From Escherichia coli (GTDB lineage Bacteria; Pseudomonadota; Gammaproteobacteria; Enterobacterales; Enterobacteriaceae): DNA of 64,000 nucleotides. The translations under genes and the position numbers were made by a program. Positions 56,319 to 64,000 of the stretch are shown here, piece after piece (within the stretch, counting starts at the first letter, position 1; every line of letters begins with the position of its first letter). The notes under the pieces were generated by a model, which saw nothing but the letters and a program-made list of their open reading frames with translations, searched no databases and was not told the DNA's origin. The DNA is taken from the NCBI RefSeq assembly GCF_013122565.1, contig NZ_CP053258.1, one strand, 5' to 3'.

Positions 56319-58352
56319 TCACGCGTCCGGGAACATCACGCTATGGCCCGGCGCTTCACGATGGAGATGGATAAAGTTAAGGTGCCGCTCGTACTGGTCG
56401 AGAATATCGGTGATCACCTGCTCTTTGCTGTAGTCCATCAGGTCGTTGCCCTGGCTGCCTTCTAACAGGAAGGTTTCCAGCCGGTAGTAAGTCGATTTAC
56501 CGCTACGTGCGCGGTAGGTAAAGCCCGGCACCGAATATTGCTGTGGCCAAATCTGATAGACAAAGTTTTGCTCTTCGCCCATATGCACCAACAAATCCAG
56601 ATGCCCCAACTGTTGTCCCTCTTCCGGCGGTAGGCTTTTTAGCTCCACATACGCGCCGCGCAACCGCAGCTCTTGCGCCACTTCTTCCATTGCCGGGTAA
56701 CAGACCGTCTCCATCATCTGTTTAGTGTAACGCGTGCCCGGATAATTCATCAGGCGCGAGAGACGTTTTTTCCAACTCAGGCGATCCTGAAGCCCCAGCG
56801 GTCGCGGCGCGGTATCGCGGTTGGCACTTTCACGGCGGTAATCTTCTACTTTCAGAGATTTATACAACCCCGCCATCACGAAGAAGATCACAAAGCTGAA
56901 CGGCAGCCCCATAATCACCGTGGTGTTTTGCAGCGCGGATATCCCGTTGGTCATCAGCATGCCGAGCGTCAGCAGGCCAATCGCCACCGACCAGAAGACG
57001 CGCAGCCAGCCGGGGGCGTCGCTGTTGATATCTTTAAGCTGCGAGGTGAAATTCCCCAGCACCAGCGCCCCGGAGTCCGCCGAGGTCACATAAAACAGCA
57101 GGCCAGTAATGGTGGCGACGGAGGCGCTAAAGGTAAACGCCGGATACTGCGCCAGCAGGCTGTAGAAGCCGCGCTCCGGATGGACCATCGCTTCCTCTGC
57201 AAATGCCGCGCCGCCGTGGATGATTTCATACAGCGCGCTATTGCCGAACACCGAGAGCCATAACAGCGTGAAGGTAAACGGAATAATCAACGTGCCCAGC
57301 ACGAACTGGCGAATGGTACGCCCACGCGAGATACGCGCCAGGAACAAGCCGACAAACGGCGACCATGCCACCCACCATGCCCAGAAGAAGAGCGTCCAGT
57401 TATTCATCCACTCAACTGGACGGTCGAAGGCAAAACTGTTGAGCGTCATGCCCATAAAGCGATTCACATAGTCGCCAACATTCAGCACCAGTGCATTAAG
57501 CAGGAACGAAGTGTCGCCCATAAACAACACGAACAGGATCAATCCCAGCGCCAGCGCGACATTAAGCTCCGATAACACGCGAATGCCCTTATCGACACCG
57601 GATGTCACCGAGATAGTGGCGATGATCACCGACAAGGCGATCAGTGCCGCTTTCGCCGCCATTGAATCAGGAATATCAAACAGTACGCTCAAGCCATAGT
57701 TAAGCTGCACCACACCGATACCGAGCGTAGTGGCAATACCGAAGATGGTGCCGATCACCGCTGCAATATCCACTGAGTGACCTATCGGCCCGTTAATCCG
57801 TTTACCGAAGATCGGGTACAGCGCCGAGCGGATGGTGAGCGGCAAATTATAACGATAGCTAAAGTATCCAAGCGCCATGCCCATCAGCGCATACATCGAC
57901 CAGCCGGTTAAGCCGTAGTGAAACAGCGTCCAGACCATCGCCTGACGCGCGGCCTCAATCGTCTGTCCCGCGCCTTCCGGCGGCTGCATATACTGCGTTA
58001 CCGGTTCGGCTACGGAAAAGAACATCAGATCGATACCGATCCCGGCAGCAAACAGCATCGCCGCCCAACTCAGCAGACTGAATTCCGGTTTGGATTGTTC
58101 TGGCCCGAGCTTCACCGAACCAAAACGCGAACAAGCGATACAGACCACAAAGACAATATAGAGCGTTGCCGCCAGCAGATAGTACCAACCGAAGGTTTTA
58201 GAGACCCAGTCCAGCGTGCGGCCAATCCACAGGGCCGAGAAGTCGCGAAACAGGATCGTTGTCAGGGAAAACAACAAAATCAGTCCGGCGGAAGTGTAAA
58301 ACACCACCGGATTGATTTTGTCCTTTTCCCTGCTGTGTGAAAGGTCTGTCAT
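56319..58352 (-). CDS. betT: Choline transporter (BCCT family)
   Basis: 677 aa BCCT permease. Confidence 0.93.
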   Translation of the reverse strand: MTDLSHSREKDKINPVVFYTSAGLILLFSLTTILFRDFSALWIGRTLDWVSKTFGWYYLLAATLYIVFVVCIACSRFGSVKLGPEQSKPEFSLLSWAAMLFAAGIGIDLMFFSVAEPVTQYMQPPEGAGQTIEAARQAMVWTLFHYGLTGWSMYALMGMALGYFSYRYNLPLTIRSALYPIFGKRINGPIGHSVDIAAVIGTIFGIATTLGIGVVQLNYGLSVLFDIPDSMAAKAALIALSVIIATISVTSGVDKGIRVLSELNVALALGLILFVLFMGDTSFLLNALVLNVGDYVNRFMGMTLNSFAFDRPVEWMNNWTLFFWAWWVAWSPFVGLFLARISRGRTIRQFVLGTLIIPFTFTLLWLSVFGNSALYEIIHGGAAFAEEAMVHPERGFYSLLAQYPAFTFSASVATITGLLFYVTSADSGALVLGNFTSQLKDINSDAPGWLRVFWSVAIGLLTLGMLMTNGISALQNTTVIMGLPFSFVIFFVMAGLYKSLKVEDYRRESANRDTAPRPLGLQDRLSWKKRLSRLMNYPGTRYTKQMMETVCYPAMEEVAQELRLRGAYVELKSLPPEEGQQLGHLDLLVHMGEEQNFVYQIWPQQYSVPGFTYRARSGKSTYYRLETFLLEGSQGNDLMDYSKEQVITDILDQYERHLNFIHLHREAPGHSVMFPDA

Positions 58353-58417
58353 CCAGTATCCCCACTGTTATTGTTACCATTTAAAATCAAATTCGCAACA
58401 ATTAAGACACATTTTAT

Positions 58418-58434
58418 ATTGAACGTCCAATCAA
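58418..58434. promoter_or_regulatory. Imperfect palindrome tattgaacgtccaatca in the betT-betI divergent promoter (candidate BetI operator)
   Basis: ATTGA-N-TCCAAT dyad located between the divergent betT and betI starts. Confidence 0.45.
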
Positions 58435-58480
58435 TAACCGCTTTAATAGATAAACAACGCTGATGAATGGAGTGGCGAAA

Positions 58481-59068
58481 ATGCCCAAATTGGGGATGCA
58501 GTCGATCCGGCGCAGACAACTGATCGACGCCACGCTGGAAGCAATAAATGAAGTGGGCATGCATGATGCGACGATCGCGCAGATCGCCCGCCGGGCGGGC
58601 GTTTCCACCGGGATCATCAGCCACTATTTCAAGGACAAAAATGGTCTGCTGGAAGCGACCATGCGCGATATCACCAGCCAGCTGCGCGACGCGGTGTTGA
58701 ACCGCTTGCACGCGCTTCCTGATGGCAGCGCCGAGCAGCGATTACAGGCGATTGTTGACGGAAACTTCGATGAAACGCAGGTGAGCAGTGCGGCGATGAA
58801 AGCCTGGCTGGCGTTCTGGGCCAGCAGTATGCATCAGCCGATGCTCTATCGTTTACAGCAGGTCAGCAGCCGCCGCTTGCTGTCGAATCTGGTGAGCGAG
58901 TTTCGCCGCGAATTGCCGCGCGAACAGGCACAGGAAGCGGGCTACGGCCTGGCCGCGCTGATTGATGGATTATGGCTGCGCGCGGCACTGAGCGGCAAAC
59001 CGCTGGATAAACCTCTCGCACACTCGCTGACCCGTCACTTTATTACTCAGCATTTACCCACCGATTAA
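58481..59068 (+). CDS. betI: TetR-family choline-responsive repressor
   Basis: 195 aa from [26 protein letters not shown]. Confidence 0.92.
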   Translation: MPKLGMQSIRRRQLIDATLEAINEVGMHDATIAQIARRAGVSTGIISHYFKDKNGLLEATMRDITSQLRDAVLNRLHALPDGSAEQRLQAIVDGNFDETQVSSAAMKAWLAFWASSMHQPMLYRLQQVSSRRLLSNLVSEFRRELPREQAQEAGYGLAALIDGLWLRAALSGKPLDKPLAHSLTRHFITQHLPTD

Positions 59069-59081
59069 CCGAGGAGACGTG

Positions 59082-60554
59082 ATGTCCCGAATGGCAGAAC
59101 AGCAGCTTTATATACATGGTGGTTATACCTCCGCCACCAGCGGTCGCACCTTCGAGACCATTAACCCGGCCAACGGTAACGTGCTGGCGACCGTGCAGGC
59201 CGCCGGGCGCGAGGATGTCGATCGCGCCGTGAAAAGCGCCCAGCAGGGGCAAAAAATCTGGGCGGCGATGACCGCCATGGAGCGCTCGCGCATTCTGCGT
59301 CGGGCCGTCGATATTCTGCGCGAGCGCAATGATGAACTCGCAAAACTGGAAACCCTCGACACCGGAAAAGCGTATTCGGAAACCTCAACCGTCGATATCG
59401 TTACCGGTGCGGACGTGCTGGAGTACTACGCCGGGCTGATCCCGTCGCTGGAAGGCAGCCAGATCCCGTTGCGTGAGATGTCATTTGTTTATACCCGCCG
59501 CGAACCGCTGGGCGTGGTGGCAGGGATTGGCGCATGGAACTACCCGATCCAGATTGCCCTGTGGAAATCCGCCCCGGCGCTGGCGGCAGGCAACGCAATG
59601 ATTTTCAAACCGAGCGAAGTCACCCCGCTTACCGCGTTAAAGCTGGCTGAAATTTACAGCGAAGCGGGCCTGCCGGACGGCGTATTTAACGTGTTGCCGG
59701 GGGTGGGCGCGGAGACCGGGCAATATCTGACCGAGCATCCGGGCATTGCCAAAGTGTCATTTACCGGCGGTGTCGCCAGCGGCAAAAAAGTGATGGCTAA
59801 CTCGGCGGCCTCTTCCCTGAAAGAAGTGACCATGGAACTGGGCGGTAAATCACCACTGATCGTTTTCGACGATGCGGATCTCGATCTCGCCGCCGATATC
59901 GCCATGATGGCGAACTTCTTCAGTTCTGGTCAGGTGTGTACCAACGGCACCCGCGTCTTCGTTCCGGCGAAATGCAAAGCCGCGTTTGAACAAAAGATTC
60001 TGGCACGCGTTGAGCGCATTCGCGCGGGGGACGTTTTCGATCCGCAAACCAATTTTGGCCCGCTGGTCAGCTTCCCGCATCGCGATAACGTGCTGCGCTA
60101 TATCGCCAAAGGCAAAGAGGAAGGCGCGCGCGTCCTGTGCGGCGGCGATGTGCTGAAAGGTGATGGCTTCGATAATGGCGCATGGGTTGCGCCGACCGTG
60201 TTCACCGATTGCAGCGACGAGATGACCATTGTGCGCGAAGAGATTTTCGGGCCGGTGATGTCCATTCTGACCTACGAGTCGGAAGACGAAGTCATTCGCC
60301 GCGCCAATGATACCGACTATGGTCTGGCGGCGGGTATCGTGACGGCGGACCTGAACCGCGCGCATCGCGTCATTCATCAGCTGGAAGCGGGTATTTGCTG
60401 GATCAACACCTGGGGCGAATCCCCGGCAGAGATGCCCGTTGGCGGCTACAAACACTCCGGTATTGGCCGCGAGAACGGCGTGATGACGCTCCAGAGTTAC
60501 ACCCAGGTGAAGTCCATCCAGGTTGAGATGGCTAAATTCCAGTCCATATTCTAA
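59082..60554 (+). CDS. betB: Betaine-aldehyde dehydrogenase
   Basis: 490 aa from [15 protein letters not shown]; ALDH motifs; GAGGAG SD. Confidence 0.93.
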   Translation: MSRMAEQQLYIHGGYTSATSGRTFETINPANGNVLATVQAAGREDVDRAVKSAQQGQKIWAAMTAMERSRILRRAVDILRERNDELAKLETLDTGKAYSETSTVDIVTGADVLEYYAGLIPSLEGSQIPLREMSFVYTRREPLGVVAGIGAWNYPIQIALWKSAPALAAGNAMIFKPSEVTPLTALKLAEIYSEAGLPDGVFNVLPGVGAETGQYLTEHPGIAKVSFTGGVASGKKVMANSAASSLKEVTMELGGKSPLIVFDDADLDLAADIAMMANFFSSGQVCTNGTRVFVPAKCKAAFEQKILARVERIRAGDVFDPQTNFGPLVSFPHRDNVLRYIAKGKEEGARVLCGGDVLKGDGFDNGAWVAPTVFTDCSDEMTIVREEIFGPVMSILTYESEDEVIRRANDTDYGLAAGIVTADLNRAHRVIHQLEAGICWINTWGESPAEMPVGGYKHSGIGRENGVMTLQSYTQVKSIQVEMAKFQSIF

Positions 60555-60567
60555 CCAGGAGGTTTAT

Positions 60568-62238
60568 TTGCAATTTGACTACATCATTATTGGTGCCGGC
60601 TCAGCCGGCAACGTTCTCGCTACCCGTCTGACTGAAGATCCGAATACCTCCGTGCTGCTGCTTGAAGCGGGCGGCCCGGACTATCGCTTTGACTTCCGCA
60701 CCCAGATGCCCGCTGCCCTGGCATTCCCGCTACAGGGTAAACGCTACAACTGGGCCTATGAAACGGAACCTGAACCGTTTATGAATAACCGCCGCATGGA
60801 GTGCGGACGCGGTAAAGGTCTGGGCGGATCGTCGCTGATCAACGGCATGTGCTACATCCGTGGCAATGCGCTGGATCTCGATAACTGGGCGCAAGAACCC
60901 GGTCTGGAGAACTGGAGCTACCTCGACTGCCTGCCCTACTACCGCAAGGCCGAGACGCGCGATATTGGTGAAAATGACTACCACGGCGGCGACGGCCCGG
61001 TGAGCGTCACCACCTCCAAACCCGGCGTCAATCCGTTGTTTGAAGCGATGATTGAAGCGGGCGTGCAGGCGGGCTACCCGCGCACGGACGATCTCAACGG
61101 TTATCAGCAGGAAGGTTTTGGTCCGATGGATCGCACCGTCACGCCGCAGGGCCGTCGCGCCAGTACCGCGCGCGGTTATCTCGATCAGGCCAAATCGCGC
61201 CCTAACCTGACCATTCGTACTCACGCTATGACCGATCACATCATTTTTGACGGCAAACGCGCGGTGGGCGTCGAGTGGCAGGAAGGCGACAGCACCATTC
61301 CAACCCGCGCAACGGCCAACAAAGAAGTGTTGTTATGTGCAGGCGCGATTGCCTCACCGCAGATCCTGCAACGCTCCGGCGTCGGCAACGCTGAACTGCT
61401 GGCGGAGTTTGATATTCCGCTGGTGCATGATTTACCCGGCGTCGGCGAAAATCTTCAGGATCATCTGGAGATGTATCTGCAATATGAGTGCAAAGAACCG
61501 GTTTCCCTCTACCCTGCCCTGCAGTGGTGGAATCAGCCGAAAATCGGTGCGGAGTGGCTGTTTGGCGGCACCGGCGTTGGTGCCAGCAACCACTTTGAGG
61601 CGGGCGGATTTATCCGCAGCCGCGATGAATTTGCGTGGCCGAATATTCAGTACCATTTCCTGCCAGTGGCGATTAACTATAACGGCTCGAATGCAGTGAA
61701 AGAGCACGGCTTCCAGTGCCACGTCGGATCGATGCGCTCGCCAAGCCGTGGGCATGTGCGGATTAAATCCCGCGACCCGCACCAGCATCCGGCAATTCTG
61801 TTTAACTACATGTCGCACGAACAGGACTGGCAGGAATTCCGCGATGCAATTCGCATCACCCGCGAGATCATGCATCAACCCGCGCTGGATCAGTATCGTG
61901 GCCGCGAAATCAGCCCCGGTGTCGAATGCCAGACGGATGAGCAGCTCGATGAGTTCGTGCGTAATCACGCCGAAACCGCCTTCCATCCGTGCGGTACCTG
62001 CAAAATGGGCTACGACGAGATGTCCGTGGTTGACGGCGAAGGCCGCGTACACGGGCTGGAAGGCCTGCGCGTGGTGGATGCGTCAATTATGCCGCAGATT
62101 ATCACCGGCAATTTGAACGCCACGACGATTATGATTGGCGAGAAAATAGCGGATATGATTCGTGGACAGGAAGCGCTGCCGAGGAGCACGGCGGGATATT
62201 TTGTGGCAAATGGGATGCCGGTGAGAGCGAAAAAATGA
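60568..62238 (+). CDS. betA: Choline dehydrogenase (GMC oxidoreductase)
   Basis: 556 aa starting at TTG ([24 protein letters not shown] fold); AGGAGG SD 5 nt upstream of the TTG; no in-frame ATG between the SD and the FAD motif. Confidence 0.9.
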   Translation: MQFDYIIIGAGSAGNVLATRLTEDPNTSVLLLEAGGPDYRFDFRTQMPAALAFPLQGKRYNWAYETEPEPFMNNRRMECGRGKGLGGSSLINGMCYIRGNALDLDNWAQEPGLENWSYLDCLPYYRKAETRDIGENDYHGGDGPVSVTTSKPGVNPLFEAMIEAGVQAGYPRTDDLNGYQQEGFGPMDRTVTPQGRRASTARGYLDQAKSRPNLTIRTHAMTDHIIFDGKRAVGVEWQEGDSTIPTRATANKEVLLCAGAIASPQILQRSGVGNAELLAEFDIPLVHDLPGVGENLQDHLEMYLQYECKEPVSLYPALQWWNQPKIGAEWLFGGTGVGASNHFEAGGFIRSRDEFAWPNIQYHFLPVAINYNGSNAVKEHGFQCHVGSMRSPSRGHVRIKSRDPHQHPAILFNYMSHEQDWQEFRDAIRITREIMHQPALDQYRGREISPGVECQTDEQLDEFVRNHAETAFHPCGTCKMGYDEMSVVDGEGRVHGLEGLRVVDASIMPQIITGNLNATTIMIGEKIADMIRGQEALPRSTAGYFVANGMPVRAKK

Positions 62239-62496
62239 GTCGTGATTTGAACTGACGCAAGTCCCTGCAAAGTTAAGCGTTACCGTCTTGAGATAGGTAT
62301 ACAAAGTCTCATACTTCTCTCTCAACAATCCGAAATAATCGGGTACCCGCGTTTACCGGATCAGGAAGGCATATACTATCCGGTCTGCGCTTTCTACTGC
62401 AATATTTCTAAAAGTTGCGCAACACGCGGCAGGATAGTGCTTTTACGCAAAGAAGCACTTTCTGCCGCCCGGGAAATGCGCGCGTGCTATACGCCG

Positions 62497-62557
62497 TTTT
62501 ACCTGAGATATGACAGAGTAAAGCCCTGTTAAAATACTCTTGTCGTCTCAGGTAAAA
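62497..62557. other. 12-bp perfect inverted repeat (ttttacctgaga ... tctcaggtaaaa) with 37-nt spacer in the AT-rich betA-ykgA spacer
   Basis: Perfect dyad directly visible in sequence; function unknown. Confidence 0.4.
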
Positions 62558-62966
62558 TAAGTGATTAATATCAATCATATATTTTTACAGCAAGACAACC
62601 ACGTACAAACTCAGGATTAATATGTTTTACCGATTCCCCAACATAACCCAAATCAAGCGAACTAATTTGTGCCATTTCTTTCTCTGTCAATGAGAAATCG
62701 ATTTTTGATGGGCATCTGCAATACTCTGAAGCAGACTATAAGGAAAATTCTACTGCCCCCCTCCATTCCGCATGAACAATGAGTCTACGTTAAAACGTAA
62801 CCTCAAATTAGTATGTGGATTTTGATATCACTTATGCAAAAAATTCATTAATAATGTAGGACTGAAACCTCTCTATTTTCGGGGACAACGAAGCAGACGC
62901 TACCAGTGCTTTTGCCTTCGGCCTTGCTGTTTTTGATACACTTAGGGCCCAGGGCATAACGAAAAT

Positions 62967-63857
62967 GTGCGATATGACGAAGAATTAATGGAGAATGTGA
63001 TGATCAGGCAGAAGATTCTACAGCAGCTCCTGGAGTGGATTGAGTGCAATCTCGAGCACCCTATTTCAATTGAAGATATCGCACAGAAATCTGGCTACAG
63101 CAGACGCAACATCCAGCTTCTGTTCCGAAATTTCATGCATGTGCCTTTGGGAGAATACATTCGCAAACGAAGGCTTTGTCGTGCCGCCATTCTTGTCCGG
63201 CTCACCGCAAAATCTATGCTTGATATTGCACTCTTTTTGCATTTTGATTCACAGCAGTCATTCAGCCGCGAATTTAAAAAGTTATTCGGCTGCTCTCCCC
63301 GTGAATACCGCCACCGTGATTATTGGGATCTCGCAAATATCTTCCCTTCTTTTTTAATACGTCAACAGCAAAAGACGGAGTGTAGATTAGTCAACTTTCC
63401 TGAGACACTTATTTTTGGCAATTCATTTAAATATGACATTGAAGTGTCGAATAAATCACCGGATGAAGAAGTCAAACTGCGACGTCATCATTTAGCCAGA
63501 TGTATGAACAATTTTAAGACGGATATCTATTTCGTCTCCACGTTTGAACCGTCAACAAAATCGGTCGATTTACTCACAGTTGAAACTTTTGCCGGTACGG
63601 TATGTAAACAAACCGATTCAGAGATGCCGAAAGAGTGGACAATTAACCGAGGACTGTATGCATCTTTCCGCTATGAAGGTGAGTGGAAGCACTACCCTGA
63701 ATGGGCGCGAAACCTCTATCTGATGGAATTACCCGCCAGGAGGTTAGCCAGAGTGAACGGCAGTGATATTGAGCGGTTTTATTACAATGAAGATTTCGTA
63801 GAAAAGGATAGCAATGATGTTGTTTGCGAAATATTTATTCCTGTTCGTCCGGTTTAG
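62967..63857 (+). CDS. AraC-family transcriptional regulator with C-terminal GyrI-like effector-binding domain (possibly ykgA)
   Basis: 296 aa; N-terminal AraC HTH pair (ISIEDIAQKSGYSRRNIQLLF ... QQSFSREFKKLFGCSPREYR); symbol not asserted because identity is inferred only from position. Confidence 0.75.
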   Translation: MRYDEELMENVMIRQKILQQLLEWIECNLEHPISIEDIAQKSGYSRRNIQLLFRNFMHVPLGEYIRKRRLCRAAILVRLTAKSMLDIALFLHFDSQQSFSREFKKLFGCSPREYRHRDYWDLANIFPSFLIRQQQKTECRLVNFPETLIFGNSFKYDIEVSNKSPDEEVKLRRHHLARCMNNFKTDIYFVSTFEPSTKSVDLLTVETFAGTVCKQTDSEMPKEWTINRGLYASFRYEGEWKHYPEWARNLYLMELPARRLARVNGSDIERFYYNEDFVEKDSNDVVCEIFIPVRPV

Positions 63858-63911
63858 CTGTCGCTATATCTAAATGAATTTATAACGAGACTACTGTCAG
63901 GCAATTCAATA

Positions 63912-63950
63912 AATAATGGCGTTGAAGATGTCAACGCCATTATTGTTTAT
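63912..63950 (+). terminator. Rho-independent terminator after the AraC-family gene
   Basis: aataatggcgttga agatg tcaacgccattatt, a 14-bp perfect stem followed by gtttatt. Confidence 0.7.
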
Positions 63951-64000
63951 TAGAATGCTACTTTCATATCCTTAAAATATTATTTAGCCGCTTCTTCTCC

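Overview
This window is an Escherichia coli-type chromosomal segment, identified by recognisable protein sequences and gene order, in inverted orientation relative to the K-12 map. Gene order is: FbpBC/AfuBC-like ABC transporter (5' truncated) - frmRAB - yaiL - mhpT - mhpEFDCBA - mhpR - [about 12.4 kb accessory cluster] - cynXSTR - codAB - prpEDCB/prpR - yahO/N/M/L/K - extra secreted ORF - yahJIGFED - yahCB - pdeL(yahA) - betT/betIBA - AraC-family regulator (possibly ykgA). The main discovery candidate is the cluster at 14.6-27.0 kb, which sits exactly where lacI-lacZYA lies in K-12. It is entirely plus-strand and visibly GC-rich, and encodes an MBL-fold hydrolase, a GlxA/AraC regulator, a tightly coupled acyl-CoA ligase / CoA-transferase / SDR / thiolase operon, two MFS transporters flanking an SMP-30-type lactonase, a 40-codon glycerate-kinase-like remnant and a CdaR-family regulator. 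No lac fragments, IS elements, integrase or tRNA are visible. Other differences from K-12 synteny are a betA-ykgA junction of only about 730 bp, an ABC transporter next to frmR, and an extra signal-peptide ORF between yahK and yahJ. All K-12 comparisons are from memory, not alignment. REP/BIME repeats, several hairpin terminators, and frmR, mhp, prp (sigma54), codB (PurR) and bet operator-like sites are annotated. No rRNA, tRNA, CRISPR or prophage features were found.
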